The notes under the pieces were generated by a model. The model was not told where the DNA came from. It saw only the letters and a program-made list of their open reading frames with translations, and ran no database searches. DNA of 64,000 nucleotides from Octopus sinensis (taxonomy: Eukaryota): assembly GCF_006345805.1 (NCBI RefSeq), contig NC_042999.1, positions 34,844,001 through 34,908,000 on the forward strand. Reading direction: 5' to 3'. Below are positions 35,300 through 50,126 of the stretch, piece by piece. Position numbers and translations under genes: made by a program. The first letter of the stretch is position 1; every line of letters begins with the position of its first letter.

Positions 35300-38140
35300 T
35301 AACAAGAGGAAGGAAATAGAAGACAGATTCAGAACAACAGATATGGCTCGCGAGCACTTTGTCAGCCCTTTGAAGACAAACGATGTGATGCTTCTACCAA
35401 CCTATATTGGTGATCCACATACCGTGTCAGGGTGACAGAGATACCACCGGAGTTTGATGCCGCGTAGGTGATGGCCACCCTGTTGTTTAACAGGGTGTAT
35501 AAAGTTTATATCCTACAAGTAACACGCTCAGCCCCCAAAATTAGTTTAGACATTGCATTGCGGCCATCATTCAAGCGGCACAAAAAGACATAGAAAGGAT
35601 TCCCGGTAGAGTGCTCGTGGGCGAGGACGTGGCCCTCCAAATTCAATTGGAGGGCCAAAAGCCCAGCTATTTTAAATGTGGCCGAAAAGGCCACATAAGG
35701 GTTTACTGCGTCGCGGGAAAAAGAAGAGTATATAAAGATTCAAACTTCTGTGAATACACACACATTTTACCCCTCACAAACCCCAAAAACTGTTCCCAAA
35801 CCCCCACACAACAGACCCTACACTAGCAAATACACCCATTCCCTCAACTGTGATGCCCACACAAGTGCCTAAACAAGTATTCCAAATGCCCCAACCCACG
35901 CACGCAACAGTTCCGGTAACAACAAAATACCCATCCCCTCAACATCAACGGCATCTACCAGTAAAAATGCAACTCACCCATGGAGGCGGTCGAGGGAGAG
36001 TACACTCTTGTTCGAGCCCAACAAAAAACATTGACACCATCCCCTCCAGCATACCCCACAAAAACGGAAAATATAGCAACTCAGACATTAAGAAAAAACC
36101 CGCCCCACCATCCCAGGAAACCAGGTGAAAGACGAATTTTGGTCGATATCGCCTCAAAGGAAAATTACACATGATATGATAGCGTCACACCACACTATAA
36201 TATTATTTCCAAAGCACAAGGACTATCCTAGACAATGTGAATGGATAGGCGAAATATTTTTTAAAAAAGCTGAAAGGGAGGCATCCAGAAACCATCTCTA
36301 GGTTTAAAACGTTCCAAAATACCTCAGGGAAGAGAAAAAAGAGGGGCCCCTCACGAGATGTGAGTTCGGCCCCCACATCGCCAATAAAAAGTAAGTAGAA
36401 TATTTAATTTTCTTTAAAATGTCACCTCTTAACCATAGTTGTTTAATTGTGCGTGGTCTGAGCTTGAAGTGGAAGCATGCATGTTTCCTCGACGACCTCA
36501 GATCACATGATATATATGTGATTGTTGCTATAGAGATCAAGCTGGATAGGCTACAAACTTTCTCGACTGTCCTGAATGGCTATGAGAAAATCATGTCTCC
36601 TGGCCAGTCCGGAGGTCGAGGGGTGTAGTAGTCCTGGTCTGGAAAGGCTTTGCTCAGCAGACAGGTACAGTCTTTATTAACTTTGAAGGTATGCTGGTCG
36701 TCCTTGACGTGACATACAGCAACAAGGCCTTCAGATTGATCGGTATTTACGCACCTTGTGCAAGAAGGCAGCAAACTGATTTCGATCGGTGCCTAGAGAA
36801 CTTTCTTGTGACATTCAAGACATTAGTTGTGCCAAGAGATTACAATGCTATCCTGATTGCATGCTTGGATAGCTTTGGCTCGACTGGTAGAAGTGTTAAC
36901 TCACGCCTCATCGATCTGCTTAAGCGTTTTCAGCTGGCAGAGCGTTACAGGTTTGAGCACCCGAGTGTGTCTGTGAACCTGGATGAATGGCGACGGGGAG
37001 ATCAAGTCTTACGTAGACAGGATAGTTATAAGTATTAGAGATAAATCTAGCTTTAGCTGTCCACAGTTTGTTCAAGTCCAAAAATGGTTAAGAGTAGGCT
37101 GAACATAGATAGTGCCTATGGACAGGGTTCCTTCTACTGGAAGCTGAACAAGTCTATTTCGGCTTGTGATGCACACCGTAACCGAATTAAGGAGTTAGTG
37201 AAAAGGGCATTAAGCGTCACCGTGGTGAATAAGCGGTGGTGGTTTGCCCTAAAAAGAGCCATACGTTTTGAGTCTATTAGATTTAGCCGTCAGCTAAGTT
37301 TAGATAAGGCCAGGATAGAAGGGAACCTACTTAAGGCTTTTGAAGAGGCGTTGAGATTGGGCTCTGCATAACAAATTTTGGCAGCGAGAACTGCCTTGGA
37401 CCGTCACCTCAAATCCAAACATGCGGAATGCAGGGTTCGGGCTAAAGTACGTGCATTGGGCCGCTAGGGGATTAATGTTGCCGGTTGTGAGACCCAGCAA
37501 AGATGCCATAATCAGGTCTTTAATTGACGAAAATGGCCGTTTGGTCAAAGGGGAGGAGAGGTGTGTGATGCATTTTACAAGTACTTTGCCGAATTGTTCG
37601 GGAGGAGTGGGACACCAGACCATGGTGAGGCCCTACGTGAATTCTTAGCTGGTAGCCTGAGTTTCTCGGCACTAGAGCCCGAGTTCTGTGAGGGGCCGAT
37701 TACAGCTGCGGAGGTAATCGAGGCGCTATGGGAGTACCCCAGAGACTAGTCGCCGTGTCTTGATGGTCTGCCCTATGAATTTTACAAAAGTATGCCAGAC
37801 TTGTTCGGGCACCGACTAGCCAGCGTCTACGCCAACTAGCAGCAGAATGGTAGAATTCCCAGATCTGCGAGCCGGTGGGTGGTGACGTTGATCAGAAAGG
37901 ACCCGAGCAAATTGGATATTATAAGTAATTTTCAGCTCATAACTCTGCTAAACACAGAGTTAAAGATTTTGGCCAAGGTGTCGGCCATAAGGCTGGCGCG
38001 TGTCGAGGACAGACTTGTCGGGGAGGCGCAAACTTGCGCTATCCCGGACAGGTCAATTCACGACAGTCTGCATCTTATACACTATTCCTTAGAGAGTGTT
38101 GGGAAAAGTTCTGGCAAAGGTGGGGTACTGGTACATTTAG
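35300..38140 (+). mobile_element. L1/Tx1-type non-LTR retrotransposon, decayed, 3'-truncated
   Basis: ORF1 knuckle YFKCGRKGHIRVYC. APE endonuclease remnants FRLIGIYAP, RDYNA, YVDRI, WKLN. RT remnants SPCLDGLPYEFY, QLITLLNTELKILAKV, QTCAIPDRSIHD, LVHLD. Many stops and frameshifts. Confidence 0.85.
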
Positions 38141-38207
38141 ACAAACACAAACACACATGCACACACACACACATAGAGAGAGAGAGAGAGAGTGTGTGTG
38201 TAGCGTG

Positions 38208-38365
38208 AGCTTCTTTCAGTTTCCGTCTACCAAATCTACTCACAAGGCTCTAGTTGGCCCGAGGCTATAGCGGAAAACACTTGCCTAAGGTGCCACGCAA
38301 TGGTACTGAATCCAAAACCATCTTGCTGGGAAACAAACTTCTTACAACACAAACCCGCTTGCGCC
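38208..38365 (-). mobile_element. SINE family B head
   Basis: Reverse complement of the family B head. Confidence 0.75.
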
Positions 38366-38944
38366 AATATTTTGTCCAATAATTAATATAAACCCCTTTA
38401 AGAAATTGAAATAATAGTTTTATGGTCAAGCGACAGTTCTCATTACGTCACATAGGCTGAATTAAAATATTTCATCAGAAAAATGTTTTAAGTATCATTA
38501 AGAAAAATATCACGCAAAATCGAAATTAAATTTATTTTTTATCAATTTTGAAAACATTAAAACACTTGCTTTCTTTTTCATAAAAATAAAGTTATTTCGT
38601 GATGGTTGTTTATTTCTCTTTAATTTATTCTAATTACAACGGGCAGGCTATTCTTCATATGAGAAACAAGTACTACCTAATCCCTAAATTATCCCTACAT
38701 TATTTCTGAATAAATCTCTCAAAATTCCTCGCATTTATAAGTCACATTCTCATAAAGCACTCACAGTTTTCTGGTTATAAAGTACACTTCGTAAGTAATT
38801 ACTCCATGTAAGATACCAATAAATAACTACTTTGTTGTATTTAAACATAGCTTCAAGTCGACTAGTACCAGGACCCATGAATAGGACTAGAATCATGGGA
38901 ACGGTGCAGGAATCCTTTGTATATACATACATATAATATATATA

Positions 38945-39025
<81 letters not shown>

Positions 39026-39127
39026 CCGGTACATGAATAAAAATGCACACAGACATCAATATAGATATATAAACAGAGACACACACACGCATGCACGCGC
39101 GCACGTATACACACAAATTTATATATA

Positions 39128-39171
<44 letters not shown>

Positions 39172-39319
39172 TATATATATTATATATATATATATAGGAG
39201 ATGCATAGCAAGTGATTTGGTCTGAGATCGTTTGCTGGAACGAAAACAATTACAGCGTGGAAGGTGTTTGTAAGAAACACACAAAAGCCGTTCGATTCAC
39301 TTCAACATTTAAGTTTAAT

Positions 39320-39368
39320 TTGTCAAAATGTTTTCGTCGCTATAAGACCGCGACCTGTTCACTGACAA
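39320..39368 (-). ncRNA. degenerate hammerhead-like motif
   Basis: TTGTCA-GTGAACAG-GTCGC(GGTCTTATA)GCGAC-GAAA-ACATTT-TGACAA. Stems are perfect but the core deviates from CUGANGA. The module is flanked by (TA)n. Confidence 0.4.
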
Positions 39369-39428
39369 AAATCTGTGCTGCATCTGAGAAGGTAACAGTT
39401 AGTTCGTTCATATATATATATATATATA

Positions 39429-39600
39429 CTAGCAGAGATACCCGGCCTTGCCCGTGTTACATACAATTGAAGATTTAGACTTTTCTGTTTTATTTTCTCT
39501 AATGAACTGAAATATCTATGTTTCGATTTTCATCAGAATTGCAGATGAGGGTTATTTCCCTCTTTACACACCCCTAAAAAATTGTAATCGTGCCACATGT
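39429..39600 (-). mobile_element. non-autonomous Helitron 3' end (other boundary uncertain)
   Basis: Minus strand CACGGGCAAGGCCGGGTATCTCTGCTAG|T next to (TA)n. Confidence 0.6.
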
Positions 39601-40174
39601 ATCCCATACTACTGTTTTTATGCATATATTCCAAAATTCCAGTCTTATTGAACCTGTTAAAAAGATTTTGCTCCTGAAAAATGAAGGTCAAGGAGCTCTA
39701 AAATGTGAGAGTTAAGGCCCCTGTTAGGGGTGGGCATCTTAATGTCAACCAGAGGAGTTGAATTGTTGAGAATCTTTTCAACTTGGGTCTAATATCTATT
39801 GTTTGAATTTCTTCGAAATTATAAATATATGTTCACTGGGTTTGTAAAAGAGAGCAAAGCTACAGGAAACTAAAAGACGCATGATCATAATAAGCAGTCA
39901 GTTACCCAACCCTAGTCGTTACCACTCCCAATATAGGATTCCTCACCATCCAGGTGACAGGCACAGCCGTAAGATGCATTACGAATCTATAGCAATTAGA
40001 AGGGTGTGAACCAACTGAAATAAACATTAACAACTGTGTGACGTGAAGGCTGAGGAGAAATGAAAGTGTCACCTCTGGAGTTTGCAAATGGCCACTATAC
40101 TGATACGTAACTGGACAGAATAAATTTACAATCTATAAATGTCTTTGAATTACAGTCACTCATCTGGGAAGGCC

Positions 40175-40845
40175 TTGATTGATCCTTCGTTTCCGGGTCG
40201 TAGCCGTAGCACCAACTTTCATCACCAATGATAGCTTTCGAAAAAAAAAAGGTCCGGATCACCTTTCGACTGTTCTTTCAGTTCACGATGTGCATTCAGC
40301 CGTAACTCCTTTTCATCTGTAAGCAAACGAAGCACACATTTTGCTGCAATTCATTTCAATCGCAATTCCTTGCTCTAAATTCGTTGGCAGTAGCTCCCAG
40401 AACACACCAGTAATCTCACATGTTCGTCAACTGTTCGGTAGTGGTCATTCGAGGTTAGTTTATGAATATGAGGTTAGTCTTCAAGCAACAGGTGACCATT
40501 CCTAAAGTGTTAAAACCACTTATAAACCTATGTTTTTTCTCATGACAATGGTGTTGTAAGCTGTTTCAAGCTTGAGAACTTTTTCGGCCACCGTTTTACC
40601 CTGCAGAAAACAGAATTTCACGGGAGCACGCTGTTCCTTCGTTTCAGTCATCGCCAAAATCGACGAGCAAGAGAGGAGCACTGCAAAAAATTAATGCACC
40701 GCACCGCACTATTACTTCAGATGACGACACCGATCGGCAGACTAATGCCTGCAGATCACATCAGGTGGCTTCTAGCGGTGGAAGACTGAACTACAACGAG
40801 CTTGTCCCACAGAAAACGTTTCCGGTTACTTTTGGTAACGCCCTC

Positions 40846-40848
<3 letters not shown>
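40175..40848 (-). mobile_element. mariner transposon, 5' half, decayed
   Basis: TIR-like CACGAGGGCGTTACCAAAAGT at ~40848; ATG at 40651 MTETKEQRAPVKFCFLQGK...VYKWF; IIGDESWCYGYDPETKDQS (first catalytic D). Confidence 0.85.
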
Positions 40849-40908
<60 letters not shown>

Positions 40909-40913
<5 letters not shown>

Positions 40914-41320
40914 TGTTATATTTCGGAATGGTCATTTTGCCAGTTTAGCCAATAAAAACACACGCACTATATATTTGGTGTTATTTTGCTTCAGCGTTAT
41001 TTATTTTTTACCTTAATCTTAATCTTATTTCGGCCAGAGTTCTTTCGTCACACTCCTGTGACCGCATCAGTGGTCCTTGTTTTCTTCTTTCTTATTTGTG
41101 TTTCTCCTTACTAACCGGTTAGTAAGGAGAGACACAAATAAGTGAGAAGAAAACAAAGGACCACTGATGCGGTCACAGGAGTGTGACGAAAGAACTCTAG
41201 CCGAAATAAGATTAAGATTAATGTAAAAAATAAATAACGCTGAAGCAAAATAACACCAAATATATAGTGCGTGTGTTTTTATTGGCTAAACTGGCAAAAT
41301 GACCATTCCGAAATATAACA

Positions 41321-41325
<5 letters not shown>
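40909..41325. repeat. ~417-bp spacerless palindrome between (TA)n arrays (Penelope-type pLTR pair)
   Basis: Centre TAACC|GGTTA at 41116/41117. The arms differ by several substitutions and an indel. Each carries a hammerhead-like motif. Confidence 0.9.
41159..41202 (+). ncRNA. hammerhead-like motif, variant core (mirror copy 41032-41075 on minus strand)
   Basis: GACCA-CTGATGCG-GTCAC(AGGAGT)GTGAC-GAAA-GAAC-TC-T(A/G)GCC. Confidence 0.55.
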
Positions 41326-41404
<79 letters not shown>

Positions 41405-42314
41405 ACAATATAATTTAAAAAATTATAAAACAAGAGAACAGAATGAACAGGTTTTAAAACACTAGTTACAACAATTGTTTCTGTTCATGGATAACAGCTG
41501 TTAACTGCTGATATTTTCCATATCATACTGTTACATATGTTATATTAATAAATATGATCCATCTGTCGCTGTGTAGCCGCACGTCATCGGGTGAGTGGCT
41601 TTGAGGACCCTCTTAGCATTTACTCAGCGGAACGCCTATGGTGTGACAACCGGAGAGAGAGAGAGAATGAAAGAGAAGGAGGGAGAGAGAGAGAGAGAGA
41701 GAGGGTGACTTTACCAGTAGATGTATATACATTTATTACACCTATGCAGTCTCTGGAGATAAACATATAGTCACACATCGGTATTTATATGTATGCTTTC
41801 ATAAATCAAAGCAAACAGATCAATAAATTTAATTATACATATATACAGATAGGCAAACACACACATATACACACAGACTCACATACACATATATCCACAG
41901 ACTCACACCCGCACAAACATCTCTAAAACTGTATAACAAAAACTAAGATGTAACTGACTCCTTAAGGTTCTTTCTCTGTCTTGTCTTTTGCTACTGCACT
42001 CTCTGCTGTTCTTCTGAACATCTAACTGCATGTTGTTATTGCTTAGCCAACAGTATTGGAATTCTATCATCCGCCTGTTATCATCACAATGGTTACCCTC
42101 CTTAAAATGTCCAAAAAGGGCTACACATAGAGGAGACAAACAAGGACAGACAAACGGATCAAGTCGATTATATTGACCCCAGTGCGTAACTGGTACTTCG
42201 TTAAATATATGTTCCCAGAAATGCAGACATCTGGAATTCTGTTTCTAGCTTGATTTCCCCTACACACACTCAACCACAAATATTCCAGGGAAACATCAGC
42301 CTAGAAAACTATCG

Positions 42315-42660
42315 GTTTCAAATTTTGGCACAAGGTCAGTAACTTAGAAGAGCAGGAAATTCAATTACCTCTACCCCAGTTCTCAATTGATGTTTATTTT
42401 GTCGACGCCGAAATGATGAAAAGCACAATAGTCCTCGGCGGAATTTAAACTCAAATTTTTGTACAAGGCCAGCAATTTCGATGAGAGGTTTAAGTCGGCT
42501 ATGTTTACCCTAATGTTCAACTGGTACTTATTTTATCAACCCCGAAAGAATGAAAACTAAAGTCGACTACAGCAGAATTTGAACTCAGAATGTGAGAAAG
42601 GTGAATTGCCGCTAGGTATTTTGCCCGGCGTGAGAACGATTCTGCCACCTCACCGCCTAT
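42315..42660 (-). mobile_element. SINE family A-related copies, decayed
   Basis: Reverse-complement head and core segments. Confidence 0.6.
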
Positions 42661-43433
42661 TAGCCTTCAAAACTTTCAGTAATCTAAATTTTCCATCAAA
42701 CTTTCTTACTCCACTCACACCACATGATGTATGTATCTATTACATGATATAATGATTACACTAAATATCATACTTTACTTTATGTTACAATACTATTTAT
42801 ACGTTCGCTATTTGCTGTTGTGTGGCCTGGAATATAAGAGGAATCAGTTGTAAAACTTGAAAACTATATCTTCCATTTCATTTTTATCGCAAAATACACA
42901 CCCAAGTCACTTTAGTATATTATCCTATCTCGTATACTAATGTCTTGTTTTTGAGTATTCATAAAATATATTTTACAAATACGTGATATATAAATAATTC
43001 GACTGAAACTAAGTGTATTACTAGTATGTATTTTTTGATGAAAATTCGACTCACACGTCATAAAACTGTTGACTACTAGGAGCCACCACATTACATTATA
43101 TAGATAAAATCCACTGCGGTGATGTTATTCTGTTTTCATGCAAGAAAATTGAATCTTATGTTAGTTGGAAAACAAACACCAGATCTTTTAAAGTAAGCTT
43201 TAAATATTTAGTATCCTAGCCAGAAGGATTTATCTATTTATCAATCTTATATTTATGATAAAAGGAACAGAAAACTTGAAATGTGACATCCATGACATGT
43301 CCAATAGCATTTCCAATGTATGTGAAGTGTCGTTACTTCAACTAATTGCATGAACATACTTCTCTGTGGTTCTCGCCATCATTGCAAGTGAATAGTTTAT
43401 ATATAAATGTGTGTGTGTGTGCAAATATATATA

Positions 43434-43558
<125 letters not shown>

Positions 43559-44799
43559 TCATATAAATTATATATATTTGCCAGCAGAATTTATAAACCA
43601 ATAAACAGAATCGAATTTATTATATTAAGAATAGCAAAACAATCTTCTGTTATATTAAATTATTAGAAAATAATATTCTTTATCGTGTCATATTATATAG
43701 TTTAAATTGCATGCGATATAATTCGCAGAAACTCGCTAAGTCTAACTATTCATAAGAACATTTTTATATCACATTTTCAAAAGACACTAAACTCTTTCGA
43801 TATAAAGATGAGAAAAAAAAATTCTTACAGTAACTATCAATATATTGTATGATTAAATGATTATGATTTAATGATTAAAACCAAAGGAATATGTTGCCTT
43901 TGGTTGAAAAATATTATACTACTCTTGAAGCAAATGTACATTAAAATATCATCAAAGTGTGGATGTATCAAGGAAACAATACTTTCTCTATTCATAGACG
44001 AATACGTAATTAACCCGTTTAGTGTGCTAACTCAATGCTCCGTACCTTTTTTTCAGTTGGAGTACACTTATATTCTTTTCAAAATTCGGCGGCACGCCTG
44101 AATTAAAAGTATAGCTAAACGTACACGGAAACAAAGTATATTCAGGTTACACTGCGGCACACTTAGTATCGTCTCTTGGCACACCAGTGTGCCGCGGCAT
44201 ACTAGCTGTGGAGCACTGCTCTGACTCACAGTATCGGATGTTCCTTCCACTCATACTCAATGCAACTCAATGCAACCCATACCTTCCACCCATACTCAAT
44301 GCAACCCATACTCAATTGCATACCAAAGTAGGACGGCGTGCTGGCAGAATCGTTAGCACGCCGAGCGTAATGCTTAGCAGCATTTAGTCCGTATTCACGT
44401 TCAAATCCAGCATAAGTCGACTTTGCTTTTCATCCTTTCGGGGTAGATAAAATAAAGTACCAGTTGTGCACCAGGTTTGATGTAATCGACTTACCCACTC
44501 ACCCGAAATTATTAGTCCTGTGCCAAAATCTGAAATCATTGTTTTTAAGGCAGCGAGTTGGCAGAATCCTTACAGCGGCATTTTGTCCGCCTTTACAGTG
44601 TGTGTTCAAAGGCATTGTGCCAAAAATTGAAACCAATACTACATGCAAAAGTCTTCCCTCTTCCTTTCAGTAGTCATGAAATAATCCGTGTCTGAGAAAT
44701 TGTAGATCTTCTAAAAGCAGAGTGCTTTTCCTATATCTAAGACAGAATTTCAGAGACACTATGGCTTCAGCGTATACACTCCAAATATATACAAGCGCG

Positions 44800-44841
<42 letters not shown>

Positions 44842-45084
44842 AAAAACAAGTAAATATTAAATTTTCTGATGTGTGTAATGCCTTCTCAAGCTGAAATTAA
44901 TTAGTGCTGCACTAAGATGCGTTGATAGAAATAAAGATGGGGACAATCGCACTTAATACATTCGTGTACTCTTAAACGTGGACAGACCTCTAAACTGTCG
45001 CGGTTAAAGTATTCGCCACACCAGCGAGCTATGCACAAAACTTCACTCACACACAAACACGAATATATATTGGGAGTGTATGCG

Positions 45085-45140
<56 letters not shown>

Positions 45141-45213
45141 CATACATACATACATACATACATACATACATACATACATACTTTATTTAAAGCACCAGAA
45201 AATTCAACAAAAC

Positions 45214-45251
45214 CTGTTACCCTGAGTTTCCCGTTGCCGTTCATCGGACAG
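45214..45251 (-). ncRNA. compact hammerhead-like motif, one core substitution
   Basis: CTGT-CCGATGA-ACG(GCAA)CGG-GAAA-CTCAGG-GTA-ACAG, adjacent to (TA)n/(TACA)n. Confidence 0.5.
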
Positions 45252-45380
45252 TTTTTGCTATATACACACACACACATATACATATATAAATGTAAACACT
45301 GATGTACATTTATCTTGATCAGTATTCACAAGTAAGTCAGTTGACTAATTTGCGAAGCTTCACGCATCAATATGCTGAAT

Positions 45381-45425
<45 letters not shown>

Positions 45426-46814
45426 TCTTACAAATGATGTGTTGCCTCTGTAAACTACATCTTCCTCTACTACTATGGTTCCTCTGAATTTGAGAGTTAC
45501 ATTCCGGGAAACTCCCATCTCTGTTAATGTCCTATATCTCGTTCTTCAGGCGTCACATTAAGCATTTCCGAATCTTTCCTCTAGCGAGTTCCATTTGGAG
45601 TAGCTTGAAGAACAAGAAGTTTCTTCTTGGGGGAGAACTAGGTTTATTGCCAGGAAATAAATATTAAGTGAATACTGGAATCCGTATTCAAACATTGATG
45701 CTGTATCTGCTCTAATAACACTATTAAACTAACTGAACATTTTGATATAATGTATTGCAACTACTAATACAATAGTAGACTTGACCATCTGAGAGTTATG
45801 TATCATGGAAAAGAATATAGCTCAGCCTAAGGGATATGATTCAAAACAACGGCTTGAAATCTGAAAAATTGCAGATCATTTCTAAGAGGAAAACCATTCT
45901 TTTAAGTTTGTTATTCCATTAACAACTTCACTGTCATTACTTGCAATGGTTTTGCATACGATATTTGAAATCAAACGTCTAAAAAAATCCCATGTGGCTC
46001 CATCATTCTTTTGTAACTTTCGTTTGATTCATCAAATGATAGCAATATATTTTATTGATTTACTTAAGATTCTAGTTGTTTTTTTTCATTTTATCAGATA
46101 TGGTTTTTTCTGTTTGTTTTTGTTTATTTGCTTTTTCGTGGGTGGAGAGAAGTGCATTCCGTGAACAAATATTGGTTTTGTATTCAGATGATATTTTCAT
46201 AGAAATTAATACTGAATTAACCTCAATAACTTTCTTGCTCTTATGTTATTGACCTTCGATCAAAGAAAAACCACACTCCAGTGCAGTGTGATTTCAAATC
46301 GGAACTGATAGCGTTGAACATAAAGTTTGTAGAGCTATAGCTATTTCTGCCATAACAATTTTACTTTGTGGAAAGCATGGCATTAAATCTAGGATATATT
46401 TTCCGTCGGAGGCCGTTTGCTAAAAGAACTCCATTGATTGGCCAACAGATGTAAAAATATATAAATACGTTATTATATTCAACTAGCTAATAATTCATCC
46501 AATAGTTTACAAATCCTTGCAAGTGCACCTTGGTTTATCCCAAATATTTCAGTTACACAGCTTTTGGTAATTAGTGCCAGAATTCTGAAAATGTTATTTG
46601 CAACAGACTAATGCTTAATTAAAGGTAGATATTTAATCGATGTTAAAGGCCATCGCAGCAACTGGTCTTTGAATTTTGAGAATATATTAGTTTTCAGATG
46701 AGAATGATACACCCGGAGATTTAGACAATAACTAATCCGATATCAAACGCCTTAAATGATTAATTCACAAAAAGAACAATAAACTAGATACTATTACAAT
46801 CAATAATTATATAT

Positions 46815-47130
46815 TGATTGCTTCTTGCTTACTCCTTGCTTGCTTCTTGCTTGCTTCATATTCTTTCTTACTTGATGGGGATGTGATCATCACAGGCAAG
46901 TGGATTCAGAGGCATCATGATTTGGAGAGCCAACAGGATTACACCGATACTCCTCATCGTTGGTGGTCCCGTGACAACCCGTCTGCATCCTCGAAGATTA
47001 AGTCAAGCCTCTGAAGATCTTCCTTAATTACGTCCAGCTCGCAGGTTTTGCGCTGAACAAGAGTAAGGCCCTGGTGGAATGATCTGGCGAGAGCCAGAGG
47101 ACATGTATGCACTAGTGCATGCGGCGGACA
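46815..47130 (-). mobile_element. RTE-clade LINE 3' end
   Basis: Minus strand QRKTCELDVIKEDLQRLDLIFEDA..SRD resembles the RTE C-terminus, followed by an (AAGC)n-like tail. Confidence 0.55.
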
Positions 47131-47679
47131 GCTATCAAGAAGAAAGAAATTTTATTAATGATAGGAAATGTTATATCAAAACAATGGAAGAAATCATTGA
47201 TAAATCTTGGCGATCTAGTAAATATATGAATTGAAACACTTGAACAATCAAATACGGGTATAACACCTCGGTTGAAAATATCATTGTCTACAACATAATA
47301 TACATGTGTGTATGTGTTTGTGTACGTATGTGTGTGCGTGTGTTTGTACAGATGAAGGGGGTAACTGTGTATTGCAATTAAATGCTGGTGTGTAGACATT
47401 CATAGACACTAAAAATAAGGTTGGGACTATTATCAATTCCAGATATAAGCAGAAAATATTCATGTTACGGTAACGGTAGAGCTTAGGGAACATAATCAAC
47501 CATATGTTGTATTATAATTACCTCAGGTTCTTAGGTTGTAAAAGTGTAACCTTGTAAACATCTGGAGTTAATTATAGTTACAATGGGAGTTATTCTGGTT
47601 AATGTGGGGATGATGGGATAGACATGTAGCATTTAATGTTTAGATGTATTTTAATCCACCTAGATATACAATTTTTTTG

Positions 47680-47923
47680 CGCCCTTTTAAAGCCTGTCCA
47701 GGCTCATGAGCTCGGTTTCCCGGTTTCTATGGCGTATGTGTTCCCCAGCTGGACGGGACGCCAGTCCATCGAAGCGTTACTCATTTTTACCAGCTGAGTG
47801 GACTGGAGCAACGTGAAATGAAGTGTTTTGCTCAAGAACACAACGCGTATCCGGTCCAGGAATTGAAACCAAATCTTACGATCATGATGCTGACACCCTA
47901 ACCACTAAGCCACGCGCCTCCAC
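47680..47923 (-). mobile_element. tRNA-derived SINE family C
   Basis: Minus strand GTGGAGGCGCGTGGCTTAGTGGTTAGGG...GGTTTCAATTCC. Confidence 0.75.
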
Positions 47924-48599
47924 AGATATACAAGTACTGGTAGTTATATGAATCTAGACAACTGTAGTCTACAAGTCAAAAAATATTTAACCCAGACATT
48001 TTCACATTAACCCTTGTATTTCGGACTTGACTCGTAAGCTTGAAATTATTACTCAGACCTACCCATAAAGTAATAACACTTCACAAATACTATTTTAGTG
48101 TATGGTTTAGCTCTGTATTTGAGTATGAGAAAACATTAGCGTCTGTTTATCATTTGTTTACTTTTTAGCTAATCATTTCGTCCTTTACTTCTCTCGTGCA
48201 GACAATTACTTGTTAATTGCATATATATCTCAGATATATTCATATAAAGCACTATTGACATATCCGTAATTACTTCCCATCGCCCATTCTTTAGTAAGAC
48301 ACCCACCCCCAGACTATTCATGCCTTAAATATTCTAATATTTATAATTATATTCTTTTGTTTTACTTGTCTTGTAAATTATTGATAGTACTAACGGACCT
48401 GAACAACGCCATTATTTTCAAATATTAGCTGACCTATTAAGTTGTAGGATTTACTTTGGCCTCACCCCACAACACATAGGGGTACTGGAATCAGTTTCTG
48501 TTCACATCTTGGCGGTTCTTTACATTCGACCCTTCTTTATCTCCTTTTGTCGACCACAGTTTTCTTTTTGTCTCATTAATAAATTTGTCATTTCTTGCA

Positions 48600-50126
48600 T
48601 TTATTTTTATTTTTTCCAAAATTACTGGTAGTTCACGCACGATTTTCCACATCCCTTTTTTTTCTTTTCAATTCATCGACCTCGTTCGATCGTTTGTCTG
48701 CTCCATTTACGCTATTGTACAATGCCCTTATGGGTGTATCCCATAAATTAAATTTCTCCATATATTCGGTGCCAAATGAATTCATGGATAATTTCAACAC
48801 ATAAACGTTCACTTTTTGATTCAACCTTTGAACATTATATTACAAACGCGTTCGCCCGTGAAATATAATTTTCTTCCCATAACACCGTACGCTATTTTGT
48901 TTGAACTACATAATTTTGGTTTACCCATTTTTTCCCCATGTTTTCTCATTTATGATTGTGATATCACTTCCCGTATCTAAATACATTCTGACACTAGTGT
49001 TTTCTATTCTCACCTTCACGAATTTTTTTGTTGTAGTCACAACTTTTCCTGCTGACAAACTATTTATTTTCTCTTGTTTGTTCCATTTTCTTATCATTTT
49101 CGTTTTGCAGTGCGATTTTATATGTCATGTAAAACCGCAGTGAAAACACTATGCTTTTTAAAATGTTTATGCAAACAATCTTTTTTGAGGTACATTCCAC
49201 CACATGCCATTCATGAGTCTACATCCCGATATTTTTCTGCTTTTCCTGCAACACTATTTGTCTTCCGACATTTTTGCACTGGTCTTATATGGAAACACTC
49301 TTTCTGTTGAATTTCTTCCGTGTCATGCGTTAATTTTAATATCCTGTCACATCCTTCTAACAGTTTCTGCAATGTCTAATCCTGGTTCATTTCCAGTTTA
49401 GGTAGAATATTTGTTCGGATTTCTCCATCCCTTCTATCTGTCAATCCTTGTGCAAAAATCAAACATTTGAAACAATCTGAAGTAAGCATAACCAGCCAAA
49501 ATCTCTCACATTATTTGTTGACTCTGCTTATGTAAGTAGTGAAGTTTTCATCTTCGCTCTTTTCTATGTTTAAGCATTTCCATTTAGTATTAAACAGTGA
49601 GCCCTTTTCACTACACATTTTGCATAAAATATCAGTGAAATTTATGTCGGACGCTTGTTTTGGCAATATGAAGTTACTATGCTTCTCATGCTCTGCTGCC
49701 CCTAGTTTTCTTAAAACTAGACTCGTTTTCATATAGTCCCTGCAATCCTGGCACTCTTTTTCAAAGATTTGTTGAAATCTTCGAAAGTAAGACTCGAAGG
49801 TTACTCGTTTTTCGGGGGCATATTTGAATTCGCTTATAGTCAGGTGAAAACGGTCTGGTTATCAACTTCATTAACATTAACATTAACATTTGCTGCCGCA
49901 ATCCTTGTTCTTGTTCTCGTGTTCCTTTAGTTGTTGTCGTTGCTGTGTTTGCAACTCAACTATTTCAGCTAACGAGTCTTCCATATATCTACGATTTTCG
50001 TAGGTTTGCACATGATTTTTTGCATCTTTTTTGTTGAGATATTTAACCTTCCACGTGAATTAGTTTAAACTTTTCGAGTGAATTTTTTTTAACTCCGCGT
50101 AAATTTGTTTTTTCTCGCCGCCATTG
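48600..50126 (-). mobile_element. Ty3/Gypsy LTR retrotransposon gag-protease relic with PBS
   Basis: PBS-like TGGCGGCGAGA (50123-50113) after ...ACAACA; gag LVLRKLGAAEHEKHSNFILPK...SLFNTKWKCL; protease YLDTGSDITII (~48980); NSFGTEYMEKFNLW. Confidence 0.8.

Noticed and set aside
44150-44217. hAT-like terminal sequence (GGCACAC repeats ending CACTG)
   Set aside because: No matching opposite end or TSD found.
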